Shown here piece after piece: positions 16,660 to 26,348 of a DNA stretch of 64,000 nucleotides. Each line of letters opens with the position of its first letter. Positions within the stretch are counted from its first letter, which is position 1. A model generated the notes under the pieces. It worked only from the letters and a program-made list of their open reading frames with translations. It was not told the DNA's origin and made no database searches. The stretch is from an uncultured Bacillales bacterium (GTDB lineage Bacteria > Bacillota_I > Bacilli_A > RFN20 > CAG-826), in contig CAMKPL010000003.1 of assembly GCA_946414655.1 (NCBI GenBank), forward strand, positions 12,770 to 76,769, in the 5' to 3' direction. The translations under genes and the position numbers were made by a program.

Positions 16660-18151
16660 CAGATCCTTTTAAACGAACTTTGATATTTTTCTTATCAACC
16701 TTGATACCGACTTCCTCACCTTCATTAAAGGTGTATTCGGTTTCAACAATGAAATCTTCGTCTTCGGCGCAACGAACGACGATTTGATAATGATCACCAT
16801 GATAGATGGAAGAAATAATTCGACCAACTAATGTACCGGCTTCGGTATCATCAGTGAGTTCAACTTTATCAAGTGGAACTTCAATGGAGACTTTCGCTCC
16901 AGTGAAGTCGAATTTCTTGCCACCTTTGGTGACGATGTAACCATCTTCATCTTTAGATGAATCTTTAATGATTTGAGTTAAATCTAAATCAAGATAACCA
17001 TCACTTAAATCAACGGAGTCATCTTTATTGACTTCAAGATTTGTGAAGATATTCGAGAGGTTATCTTTCTTCATCACGTGAATACCATCTGGTTTAAGGT
17101 CAATCGAAACTGGTCCTTCATCGAAGGCCACAGTTGATTTAGCGATGACTTCGTTTTTACCAACCATGATGACGTATTCATAGTGGACACCTTTAAAGAC
17201 TTTTTGGGTGATCACTCCATCAACTTTACCTTTTCCAGGTTTACCTAAGATGATGTCTTCTGGACGAATGACAACGTCATAACGTTCATTAACTGGGTAG
17301 TCATCTAAACATTTGAACTCTTGTCCAAGGAATTTAATGACTTCCTTTCCGGTCATCAGAGCATTATAGATATTAGATTCTCCAATAAAGTCAGCGACAA
17401 AGGCGTTCACTGGTTCATTATAGATTTCTTCAGGTGTACCAACTTGTTGGATGACGCCATCGTTCATAACAACAATCATATCTGACATTGTTAAAGCTTC
17501 TTCTTGGTCGTGGGTGACATAAATAAATGTCATTCCAAGACGTTTGTGCATCGCCTTTAATTCAATCTGCATTTCTTTACGCATCTTGAGGTCAAGTGCG
17601 CCTAAAGGTTCGTCAAGAAGAAGGATTTCTGGTTTGTTAACAATACAACGAGCAATTGCGACACGTTGTTGTTGTCCACCAGAAAGAGTGGAGATGTCTC
17701 TGTCTTCGAGTTCTTCTAGATCAACAATCTCGAGAGCTTTATAGACGAGTTCATCAATTTCTTGAGTGGTGAGATGACGTTGCTTTACAACTTCTTCACC
17801 TTTCTTATTTGTTTTTTTGTACTCAACTTTCTTGAGTTTTAGACCAAAAGCAACGTTATTATAAACGTTTAAGTGTGGGAACAACGCATAACGTTGGAAC
17901 ACTGTGTTAATTGGTCGTTTGTAGGGAGGTAATAACGTAATATCTTGATTATTCAAGAGAATCGTTCCTGAACTTGGTAGTTCAAAACCTCCAATCATTC
18001 TTAAAGTGGTTGTTTTTCCACAACCAGAAGGACCAAGAATGGTCACGAATTGTCCTTTTTTAATGTCTAACGTAAAATTGTCGACGGCTTTAAAATCGTC
18101 GAATTGTTTTACGACATTATTTAAGGAAATAATTACTTCTTCGGATGCCAT
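16640..18151 (-). CDS. potA: Spermidine/putrescine ABC transporter ATP-binding protein with an extended C-terminal region
   Basis: Walker A GPSGCGKTT, signature LSGGQQQR and Walker B ILLLDEP are present. The 503-aa length is about 130 aa longer than typical PotA. Confidence 0.85.
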   Translation of the reverse strand: MASEEVIISLNNVVKQFDDFKAVDNFTLDIKKGQFVTILGPSGCGKTTTLRMIGGFELPSSGTILLNNQDITLLPPYKRPINTVFQRYALFPHLNVYNNVAFGLKLKKVEYKKTNKKGEEVVKQRHLTTQEIDELVYKALEIVDLEELEDRDISTLSGGQQQRVAIARCIVNKPEILLLDEPLGALDLKMRKEMQIELKAMHKRLGMTFIYVTHDQEEALTMSDMIVVMNDGVIQQVGTPEEIYNEPVNAFVADFIGESNIYNALMTGKEVIKFLGQEFKCLDDYPVNERYDVVIRPEDIILGKPGKGKVDGVITQKVFKGVHYEYVIMVGKNEVIAKSTVAFDEGPVSIDLKPDGIHVMKKDNLSNIFTNLEVNKDDSVDLSDGYLDLDLTQIIKDSSKDEDGYIVTKGGKKFDFTGAKVSIEVPLDKVELTDDTEAGTLVGRIISSIYHGDHYQIVVRCAEDEDFIVETEYTFNEGEEVGIKVDKKNIKVRLKGSVDDYEI

Positions 18152-18290
18152 AAGCTACCCTCCATAACCAAATACAATAAATAACGGAATTAAACTTAAG
18201 ATTTTTAAGTCAAACAAACTATATCAATTATTGTTTAAAAATCAAATAATTTTTTTCATTATTTTTGTACTACCTCTTTTATTAAAAGAT

Positions 18291-18318
18291 TTGATATTTT
18301 TTTGATTGACTTTATAAT
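18291..18318 (+). promoter_or_regulatory. Promoter for the lipoprotein gene (-35 TTGATA, 16-nt spacer, -10 TATAAT)
   Basis: Consensus hexamers lie at 18291-18296 and 18313-18318. The predicted TSS falls essentially at the ATG (18326). Confidence 0.5.
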
Positions 18319-18325
18319 GATTACA

Positions 18326-19396
18326 ATGAAAAAGGTTTCCAAGGCATTTTTACTCCCATTATTGTGTGTTGTTTTTGGCTCGCTTACTTCATGTTCAAAG
18401 AATGAACAAAAAGTAAAATTAACATACGGAGAAATTGCTCATCAAAAATACCATGAAATTTCTTATGCTCGTTTTGAGCGAATGATTGACAATAAAGAAT
18501 CATTTCTTCTCGTTGTTGATCCAAAAGGATGCGCTTGCTTTGATTCATTTATGAGAGCCAGCGAAGAATATATCCGCGATAACAAACTTGTTTTATACAA
18601 AATGAATGTTGCGGACTTTAAAGGAAACGAAAATAAAGGCGTGAAAGTTGTCGAAGGTTCAACATCTTTCTCCATCTTTAATAAAGGCGTTATTCAACAA
18701 TCAATCGCGTCGAACTCCTCCACTGAAATTATGGAGAACAAATCGAAATTTGTTGAATACGTTGATAAATACTTAGAAAAACCGAACATGTATTTAATCA
18801 ACAAAGAGAACTTAAATACTTTGTATCATAGCGCGAATAAATCTTTGATTTACTTCGCTAGAAATAGTTGCGGAGATTGTTCATATATTAATGCTAATTT
18901 TTTATATGAGTATATGCGCGGACGTAGCGAAACACTTTATGTCTTTGATGGAGACGAAGAAGTGCGACGTTATGACGACAAAGGAAACCTGATTAATGAA
19001 GAAGAATGGATTCAGTTTAAGGTTGATTACGGTCTAACAATTGACAACAACCCAACCTATGGTTATTCCACCGGCGTTGTTCCAACATTCTTCCTCGTTA
19101 GCGGAAATAATGAAACAACAACATTCCATTCTGGTGCAGTCGCCTTTAATGAAACAATTGAAAAAGTTGAAAATGAATACGAAGTTAGTGAAGTTTACTT
19201 CTCTAACGCTCGTCAAAGCTCACTTGAATATGCTCGTAACTTCCCTTCCATGGAAGGTATGAAAGTCAACGCAAATGATGTCGTTGAATGGGAAGGAAAG
19301 TATTACTGGAATCAATCTGCTAGTAGCGCACACTACTTCCCAAGAATCCAAGCTTTCCTTGATAGTTATCTCATTCAAGTAACTCACAAGTTCTAA
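18326..19396 (+). CDS. Hypothetical lipoprotein
   Basis: The signal peptide plus lipobox is MKKVSKAFLLPLLCVVFGSLTSC, followed by a 357-aa Cys-containing extracellular protein. The ORF-track TTG start at 18302 is less likely. Confidence 0.6.
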   Translation: MKKVSKAFLLPLLCVVFGSLTSCSKNEQKVKLTYGEIAHQKYHEISYARFERMIDNKESFLLVVDPKGCACFDSFMRASEEYIRDNKLVLYKMNVADFKGNENKGVKVVEGSTSFSIFNKGVIQQSIASNSSTEIMENKSKFVEYVDKYLEKPNMYLINKENLNTLYHSANKSLIYFARNSCGDCSYINANFLYEYMRGRSETLYVFDGDEEVRRYDDKGNLINEEEWIQFKVDYGLTIDNNPTYGYSTGVVPTFFLVSGNNETTTFHSGAVAFNETIEKVENEYEVSEVYFSNARQSSLEYARNFPSMEGMKVNANDVVEWEGKYYWNQSASSAHYFPRIQAFLDSYLIQVTHKF

Positions 19397-19404
19397 AAGA
19401 AAAA

Positions 19405-19432
19405 GTCCGGTCTTCCGGACTTTTTAATTCTT
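19405..19432. terminator. Bidirectional rho-independent terminator
   Basis: aagtccgg-tctt-ccggactt flanked by A-runs and T-runs. Confidence 0.65.
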
Positions 19433-19439
19433 AAAAGAA

Positions 19440-19877
19440 TTACTTACCAAGTAGTTCTTTTCTTTTTTGTTCAAGTTCTTCCTTGGTAATGTAACCTTGC
19501 TTATAAAGGTTTTCGTATTGTTGATAGAGTTTATTTTCTCGACTTGATTCTTCTTTAAAGGCTTCAACTGGTTTAGCATCCACCGTTTCTTTATTGACAG
19601 GTTGAGACTTTTCTTGTTCCACCATTAAAAGGAGTTTCATCTTTGCGGTAAAGAAGACACTACGTAGAATGAGGAAAGTAAATCCTAAAGACATGCAAAT
19701 TCCAGCACAATAGCCGTATGGGAACCATGCTGAGCTATCGTTCATTCCAACAAAAACTGAGACGATCACAAGCGCAATCGTCAGTCCAAAACAACTCATG
19801 GAAATAATGAAGAAAATAAGAGCACCAAGTTTGGCTTTACGAAATTCTTCTTTTAATTCTTTTTCATCAATTAACAT
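19440..19877 (-). CDS. Membrane protein with a C-terminal SHOCT domain
   Basis: It has two TM helices and a C-terminal KQGYITKEELEQKRKELL, the SHOCT short C-terminal motif. Confidence 0.6.
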   Translation of the reverse strand: MLIDEKELKEEFRKAKLGALIFFIISMSCFGLTIALVIVSVFVGMNDSSAWFPYGYCAGICMSLGFTFLILRSVFFTAKMKLLLMVEQEKSQPVNKETVDAKPVEAFKEESSRENKLYQQYENLYKQGYITKEELEQKRKELLGK

Positions 19878-21139
19878 TTCTTTTTACCTAATCTATCCGT
19901 GATTCGCTGGGCATTTTCATAAATGGATGCGATTGGCTCATTAACAAAGAACTCATGATTATAGTAGAGAACTTTACCATTAATCATAGTCATTTTCACA
20001 ATGTCTTTGCTACCAGCATAAACAATATTTTTTGGGATGTTATGGATTGGTTGCATAGCTGGGTTTTGTAAATCGATCATAATGATGTCAGCGAGTTTAC
20101 CAACTTCAAGCACATCAGCATCTTTTAAACCCATTACATGAGCTGAACCAACCGTGGCCATTTTTAAGACATCAAAGCCATCCATTGCGGAAGCATCTTT
20201 TCGACTAACCTTCTGTAAAACAGAAGCAAGATACATTTCTTTAAACATATCTAAGGAATTATTGGAAGCTGCACCATCAGTTCCGATGGCTAATTTTACA
20301 CCAGCTTTTTGGTATTCAACAAGTGGTGCGATACCACTAGCAAGTTTCACATTTGAACCTGGATTTGTGACGACATAAATGCCAAGTTTTTTACAAAGTT
20401 CAATTTCTTCTTTGGTGAAGTAGTTACAATGGAATGCACCACCACCATTTGCAAAAAATCCCTGGGAAACTAAATAAGATAATGGGGTTTTGCCATATCT
20501 TTTAACGCAACCTTGAACTTCACTTTCTGTTTCTCCAACGTGAGTAAATGTTGGAGCGTGTAATTCTTTTGCTAGATCGGCAACAGCTTTAATTCTTTCT
20601 GGAGATGTTGTGTATTCAGCATGGATTCCTAATTGGTAGGAAATCAAGGAGTTTTCCTTGTTGTATCCAAGATATCTTTCTCTTAATAACGAGATTGGTT
20701 CTTTATCAGAGGTTGCTAAAATGACTGTTCTAAAACCCATTTCCTCACTGGCTCTAATGATTTCTGGAGGTACGAAATACATATCAAAGGCCGCTGTAAT
20801 TCCGGATGTTAAATATTCGAGAATGCCTAACTTAGTTAAATGATATATATCATTCGATTGGAACTGAGCTTCCATTGGGAAGATGGTTTCATATAACCAA
20901 TCATGGAGAGGTAAATCATCTGCTGCACTACGTGCAAAAACCATTGCTGTATGAGCGTGAGCATCTTTAAAACCTGGCATTAAGAGGTTTTGCTGACAAT
21001 CAATAACTCGGTCTGGAGTTTGACCTTCATAGTGATCTCCAATGTAGGAGATACAATTGTCAGTAACAGCAATGTCACCAAAAATGATTTTGTCATCCTT
21101 CATCGAAAGGATGCGGGCATTCTTCAGCAATGTAATCAT
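19871..21139 (-). CDS. Amidohydrolase-family metal-dependent deaminase/chlorohydrolase (MtaD/SsnA-like)
   Basis: The 422-aa product has the HAHTAM metal-binding motif, and HxH...H...D ligands are spaced along the TIM barrel. Confidence 0.7.
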   Translation of the reverse strand: MITLLKNARILSMKDDKIIFGDIAVTDNCISYIGDHYEGQTPDRVIDCQQNLLMPGFKDAHAHTAMVFARSAADDLPLHDWLYETIFPMEAQFQSNDIYHLTKLGILEYLTSGITAAFDMYFVPPEIIRASEEMGFRTVILATSDKEPISLLRERYLGYNKENSLISYQLGIHAEYTTSPERIKAVADLAKELHAPTFTHVGETESEVQGCVKRYGKTPLSYLVSQGFFANGGGAFHCNYFTKEEIELCKKLGIYVVTNPGSNVKLASGIAPLVEYQKAGVKLAIGTDGAASNNSLDMFKEMYLASVLQKVSRKDASAMDGFDVLKMATVGSAHVMGLKDADVLEVGKLADIIMIDLQNPAMQPIHNIPKNIVYAGSKDIVKMTMINGKVLYYNHEFFVNEPIASIYENAQRITDRLGKKKC

Positions 21140-21282
21140 TTCTTTAAATCGTTCTCTTCGTCATCTTTGTCGCGTTGCATAACAAGCATTTCGCGTGGAG
21201 CACCACAAAGTGGGCAGGTTCCAGCAGGTGTTGGGGTGACTAATTGTCCACACACTTTACAAAGGCATTTTTGTCCTTTCAT
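21136..21282 (-). CDS. 48-aa zinc-ribbon protein (CxC-x2-C...C-x2-C), absent from the ORF track
   Basis: The product MKGQKCLCKVCGQLVTPTPAGTCPLCGAPREMLVMQRDKDDEENDLKK is preceded by GGAGG with an 8-nt spacer. Its TGA stop overlaps the amidohydrolase ATG (ATGA coupling). Confidence 0.6.
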   Translation of the reverse strand: MKGQKCLCKVCGQLVTPTPAGTCPLCGAPREMLVMQRDKDDEENDLKK

Positions 21283-21294
21283 TTTGCTTTCCTC

Positions 21295-22851
21295 CTATTT
21301 AAGTTGTTTTAAATCCACTTTTCCGACTTCGGTATGAGGTAGGGATTTAATGAAAACAATTTCTTTTGGATTAGCGTAGATGCTAACTGTTTTCTTAATT
21401 TCTTCCCTAATGAGCTTTTCAGCTTCCTCTACAGTTCCATTATAGTGTTTATTTAAAACAATATAAAGTTTTAGTAATGAGCCAAAGCGTTCATCTTCGA
21501 CACCGATCGCCGCGGCTTCATAAACTATAACTAAAGTTGAAACACAGTATTCTACCTCATGAGGGAATACTGGGATTCCACTAATTTTGACAATTCGTTT
21601 GATACGTTGGTTGAAATGAATGTATCCTTCTTCATCTTGATAGACGTTATCCCCAGTTGAGACATATTTTACTCCATCAATCGTGACAAATGGATCTTTT
21701 GCGTTAAGATAACCATTCATTAATGTGTCACCAGTACAATAAAGCTCACCATTTTGACCAACTGGAACTTCTTTAAGATTTTCATCAAGCACTTTGAATG
21801 AAACATTCTTCAATGCTTTTCCAACTGTTCCATCCTTGCTTTCAAATTTGGTGTTCACACTAAAGAGCGAAACAGTTTCAGTTAAACCATAACCTTCATA
21901 GAGTCGACACTTACTTCCACCTTCTTCCATGCGCTTGTTAAACTTCTCGTTTAGTGATGGAAGAGCAAAGTCTCCACCAACAAAAGCGTGGTCGAGTTGA
22001 CGCAGTTTTTTACCAGCAAATCCTGGATATCTCAGCATTTTTTCATAGAATATTGGAATTCCTAAAAGAAGGGAGTATTGCTTACGTTTTAACATTTTCG
22101 TGGCAGTTTTGCGGTTGAATTTTGGCATTAACGCGGCGTGATAACCAAGGGATAAAGAAAGATGAATTCCTACAGCTAAACCAAATCCATGGAAGATTGG
22201 CATCACACATAGAATTCCGGAATTATCTTTCACTTCTCCAACTAGCCATGGAGCGTTTGCACAAAGTGAATTAACAGAGAAAGAAGATAAGCGAACAATC
22301 TTTGGAAGTCCGCTCGTTCCACCACTATTTAGATAAAGAGCATCTTCAAGATCCATATGAACAAATTCTTCAAGAGGTTCCTCTTTGTAGTATGGACATT
22401 CATGATGACATTTTTCTTGTTTAGCAAAGATTTGTTTCCATTTCGGCAGTTCATGAGCTGGAGAGAAATCATAGATTATTAGATCTTCATCTTTGAATTC
22501 GTCATAGCGAATTTGAAGACAATAAAGATGCTTGGAATGAGTTTCAGAAATGGTTCGCATCACTTCTATTTTTGGAAGTAATGGGTGGAGTGGGTTTAGG
22601 ATCGCTCCAACCTGGCTTACGGCATACATTAAATAGATTGCTTCAGGAATATTTGGGAGTAAAAGAGTCACTACATCTCCTTGTTTAACTCCATCTTTTT
22701 TAAGCCCATTAGCAAATTGATTTATACGATAAATAAAACGATCCCATCGGATTTTTTCGTTAAAATAATATAAAGCAACATTATTTTTGGATTCTTTAGA
22801 AGCACGAAGAATGGCTTCATATAAGCTTTCATGAGGAACAATCTTAACCAT
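21295..22851 (-). CDS. AMP-dependent synthetase/ligase (acyl-CoA/acyl-AMP ligase, ANL superfamily)
   Basis: The 518-aa product has the AMP-binding motifs SGGTSGLPKIV and YEGYGLTE and a GD..Y...EGY hinge. Confidence 0.8.
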   Translation of the reverse strand: MVKIVPHESLYEAILRASKESKNNVALYYFNEKIRWDRFIYRINQFANGLKKDGVKQGDVVTLLLPNIPEAIYLMYAVSQVGAILNPLHPLLPKIEVMRTISETHSKHLYCLQIRYDEFKDEDLIIYDFSPAHELPKWKQIFAKQEKCHHECPYYKEEPLEEFVHMDLEDALYLNSGGTSGLPKIVRLSSFSVNSLCANAPWLVGEVKDNSGILCVMPIFHGFGLAVGIHLSLSLGYHAALMPKFNRKTATKMLKRKQYSLLLGIPIFYEKMLRYPGFAGKKLRQLDHAFVGGDFALPSLNEKFNKRMEEGGSKCRLYEGYGLTETVSLFSVNTKFESKDGTVGKALKNVSFKVLDENLKEVPVGQNGELYCTGDTLMNGYLNAKDPFVTIDGVKYVSTGDNVYQDEEGYIHFNQRIKRIVKISGIPVFPHEVEYCVSTLVIVYEAAAIGVEDERFGSLLKLYIVLNKHYNGTVEEAEKLIREEIKKTVSIYANPKEIVFIKSLPHTEVGKVDLKQLK

Positions 22852-22854
22852 CGC

Positions 22855-23979
22855 TTAAACTCCTAATGGAATGCCCATAATTAATCCGGCAATAAACAAC
22901 ATCAAAACAATGTAAACGACCTGGTGTAAAAGGTAGAACCAAATCGTATGGTGTCCAAAGAAAAGAAGACCTTTGGTCGCACGATTGAATTTTTCATTGA
23001 GTGTTGCTTCGCCTTCTTTATCAAAATAATGAAGAATTGATAATCCGTTTTTATAAACGGTGTTACCAATGAATGCGCCTAAGAAAATATAACCTAGTGT
23101 TGGAAGTAAGCCTAACCAGTCATCGCCGGAATAAGTTAAACCAACAATCACTCTTAAGATGTCGACGAATGAAGCGTCTTTGAGAGTTCCTAAATATGGA
23201 ATTGAATTTGCATAACCGTTATAAATAAACCAGAAATTGTTGTACTTATCGACGACATATTTTGCTTGATCGGCATAGCGGATAAATCCCCAAGAAGCTA
23301 AAATAACCACGGCAATTCCTAGACAAATCCACGGCCAGGCCTTCTTATATCGCTTAAATAATGCTTCAATTCCAGAAAAGATTAAGAGGCATAGACCATA
23401 GCTAATTAAGATGTTCATGTAGGCATGACCGGTGAATCCTAAAATATTTCCAATAGCAAAAACTCCGCCCATTACAACGCCGCAGAATGTTAGTAAAACT
23501 CCTCGACGAACATTGTTTCTAGAGAAGCGAGTATTAATACCAATTAGCAATGCTAACGAGAATAAACCAATAAACCTAAAAGCAATTCGAACAGGATGAG
23601 CCCAATAATCCAAAGAGAAACGATACATTGTATTAAAGAACGGAACTCCAAGATATGCAGTTTTATCAAAGATGGTTGGGAACATTTCGGCAAAATCGAA
23701 TAAAAGATGTTCGATCAACATGGCGATAATGATAATCGCTCGAAGTAGATCAATTTCCCAAACACGGTTCTTATTTTGATAATCCTGTTTAATGGCTTTC
23801 TTAAGGAATTTATCTTCGTCTTTTTTAAATTCTTCTCTTTTATCTTCTAAAAGAAGATCGATTTCATTATCGCCTTCTTGTCGAAGCTGATATTCATACG
23901 CTTTAAGGTAAGATGCATGGTAAAGCTGCTTTTGACGAAGTTTACCTTCTTTTCTTTCCATAAAACTTGTTTTAGACAT
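22855..23979 (-). CDS. DUF1624/HGSNAT-like acyltransferase-family membrane protein
   Basis: A 70-aa cytoplasmic N-terminus precedes about 9 TM segments. The first TM reads EIDLLRAIIIIAMLIEH, the R..D.LRG...L.M..H pattern of the acyltransferase_3/DUF1624 family. Confidence 0.45.
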   Translation of the reverse strand: MSKTSFMERKEGKLRQKQLYHASYLKAYEYQLRQEGDNEIDLLLEDKREEFKKDEDKFLKKAIKQDYQNKNRVWEIDLLRAIIIIAMLIEHLLFDFAEMFPTIFDKTAYLGVPFFNTMYRFSLDYWAHPVRIAFRFIGLFSLALLIGINTRFSRNNVRRGVLLTFCGVVMGGVFAIGNILGFTGHAYMNILISYGLCLLIFSGIEALFKRYKKAWPWICLGIAVVILASWGFIRYADQAKYVVDKYNNFWFIYNGYANSIPYLGTLKDASFVDILRVIVGLTYSGDDWLGLLPTLGYIFLGAFIGNTVYKNGLSILHYFDKEGEATLNEKFNRATKGLLFFGHHTIWFYLLHQVVYIVLMLFIAGLIMGIPLGV

Positions 23980-24050
23980 AGCAAAATAATATCAAACTCA
24001 AAGAAAAGAATAAAGCGACATTTGAAGCTAGATAACTTCCATACTAAAAT

Positions 24051-25154
24051 ATGAGCATGGTTTTGAAACTTAGTGAAAAAGAATTAGCTCGATGCAAAGA
24101 ATTTCTCGATGTTAAAGAAATGAATGTTTCAAGTGCTGAAATTTACATCGAATACCTCACTTATCACTGCCGCGACATTAAGAAATTTGATATCGAAAAA
24201 TTATCGAAAAAATATCCAGAAAATGAAGTGTTTTTCCAAGCATTTTTACATGCCTTAAAAATTGAGAAAAACGATCCAGAATTTAACTCAATTAATGAAG
24301 TTTGTAATATCACAGATATTAAAGAGTTGAATCCAGAAGAGTTTAAGAAAGATCTCTTTTATCAAAAATTTAGTCCAATTTCGCTTCAGAAAAATGACTG
24401 GATTTTTACTAAACTCTATTACGCTCCATTTGAAGGTTTTGTCTATGATGAATTAGATGTTGATTTAGACACTTATGCTGAACACACACCATTAGGTTAT
24501 TTCAAAGAAGAATTCCCATATTTTGCTGTGATCCAAAAAGATGATATTTGGATGAGCGTGATTCCTCATGAAATAAATACAATGAAGGAAGCAATCAAGG
24601 AAGCTAAAGGTGATGTTCTTGTTCTTGGATTAGGTTTGGGTTACTACCTCTACCACATTCATTTAAAAGAAGATGTTAAGCACATTCGAGTGATTGAAAA
24701 AGATCCTAACGTGATTGAAATGTTCAAAGAAAATCTTTTGCCAAAATTCGAACACAAAGAGAAAATTGAAATCATCGAAGTCGATGCGATTGACTACATC
24801 GGAAAAGGCAAAGAACCAGATTTTGTCTTTGCTGATTTATGGCATAACGTTGGAGATGGAGAAAAACTTTATCTATTAATCAAAGCTAAAGAAAAAGAAT
24901 ATCCGCACGCCAAGTTTATGTATTGGATTGAACGTTCTATTCTTTGTATGCTTAGAAGACAAGTTTTAACAATTTTTGAAGAACAATTAGAAGGTTACAA
25001 AGAAGAAGATTACCTTAAAGCTCGTAATGATAATGATAAGATCATTAATCGTTTATATTTCTTAACTAAAGAAGTTGTAATTGATTCAAAAGAAAAGCTT
25101 CACGATTTACTTTCGGAAGCTTCTTTAAAAGAATTAGCTAAACAAATCTTTTAG
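24051..25154 (+). CDS. Hypothetical protein with a Rossmann/SAM-methyltransferase (spermidine-synthase-like) domain
   Basis: VLVLGLGLGYY (G-rich loop), VIEKDPNV and DFVFADLW resemble class I methyltransferase/PABS motifs. Confidence 0.4.
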   Translation: MSMVLKLSEKELARCKEFLDVKEMNVSSAEIYIEYLTYHCRDIKKFDIEKLSKKYPENEVFFQAFLHALKIEKNDPEFNSINEVCNITDIKELNPEEFKKDLFYQKFSPISLQKNDWIFTKLYYAPFEGFVYDELDVDLDTYAEHTPLGYFKEEFPYFAVIQKDDIWMSVIPHEINTMKEAIKEAKGDVLVLGLGLGYYLYHIHLKEDVKHIRVIEKDPNVIEMFKENLLPKFEHKEKIEIIEVDAIDYIGKGKEPDFVFADLWHNVGDGEKLYLLIKAKEKEYPHAKFMYWIERSILCMLRRQVLTIFEEQLEGYKEEDYLKARNDNDKIINRLYFLTKEVVIDSKEKLHDLLSEASLKELAKQIF

Positions 25155-26347
25155 ATTTTGAATATTTCAGTACAAATATCGACAAGTAGTTCCATCTCTT
25201 CTAGGACAGCAAATTCATATCGACCATGATGGTTGTATGAACCTGTTCCTAAGTTGGGAGATGGACATCCTTCAAAGGAGAATGTCGCACCATCTGTACC
25301 TCCACGAATTGGGTCATATTCCAAAGGAAGACCCATTTTTTGATAAACTTTTTCAAGATGATTTTTGCATTCTGATTGTTCATTAATGACTTCGATCATA
25401 TTACGGTATGAGTCTTTGATTTCCACATCAATAATCGCACCTGGATGCTTTTGACATGCTTTATATTTTGCAATTGCCACCGCATCAACGAGCTTTTCAA
25501 GTTTATTTTTATCGTGTTCACGGAGAATTAAGTGAGCAGAAGCTTTTTCAACTTCTCCACTAAGCTCGGTGACATGGATAAATCCTTGTCGACCTGAGGT
25601 TTTTGCTGGGATCTTATTCTTCGGAAGATAACATAAGAAAGTGTTTAAGACTAACGAAGCATTAATCATCACTCCTTTAGCGTCTCCTGGATGAATGGAT
25701 TTACCAGTAATTTGAACAGAGCAACTTTTCGCATTGAAGTTTTCGATACTAACTTTACGTGGGTCATCTCCATCGACTGTATAGCCGAATTTGGCACCAT
25801 ATTTTTTCACATCAAAGTGTTCTGGACCTCGGCCAATTTCTTCATCAGGAGTGAATAAAACAGACATTGGATGACGATCTTTAACCGGGATTTGCTGGTA
25901 TTTTTTGATTGTTTCCATAATAATTGCGAGTCCGCATTTATCATCTCCACCAAGCAATGTTGTCCCATCAGTCACGATTAAAGTTTTATTAATACATTCA
26001 CTAAGTTTTTTAAATTCAGTTGGTCTTAAGAATAATCCGCTATTACCAAGTTGGATGTCTCCACCGTTATATCTTTCAATGACGGTTGGGTTAACATCTT
26101 TTCCACTTGCTTCACTAGCGGTATCAACGTGAGCACATAAACCAATTCTTGGATAAGATTCGTTTCCATCTAGCCATCCATAAACTCGACCATACTCATC
26201 AAGTTCACATTTAACGCCCATCTCTTCGAGCTCTTTTTGAAGAAGTTTTAAAAGATTGAGTTGTTTTTCGGTTGATGGGGTTGATGAAGAATTCTCATCA
26301 GATTGGGTATCAATTTTCACATATTTTAAAAATCGGTTCAGTAACAT
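25151..26347 (-). CDS. pepT: Peptidase T (tripeptide aminopeptidase, M20B)
   Basis: The N-terminus MLLNRFLKYVKIDTQSDE is PepT-like. HVDT and GGDDKCG metal-binding motifs are present. Confidence 0.85.
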   Translation of the reverse strand: MLLNRFLKYVKIDTQSDENSSSTPSTEKQLNLLKLLQKELEEMGVKCELDEYGRVYGWLDGNESYPRIGLCAHVDTASEASGKDVNPTVIERYNGGDIQLGNSGLFLRPTEFKKLSECINKTLIVTDGTTLLGGDDKCGLAIIMETIKKYQQIPVKDRHPMSVLFTPDEEIGRGPEHFDVKKYGAKFGYTVDGDDPRKVSIENFNAKSCSVQITGKSIHPGDAKGVMINASLVLNTFLCYLPKNKIPAKTSGRQGFIHVTELSGEVEKASAHLILREHDKNKLEKLVDAVAIAKYKACQKHPGAIIDVEIKDSYRNMIEVINEQSECKNHLEKVYQKMGLPLEYDPIRGGTDGATFSFEGCPSPNLGTGSYNHHGRYEFAVLEEMELLVDICTEIFKI

Positions 26348-26348
26348 A

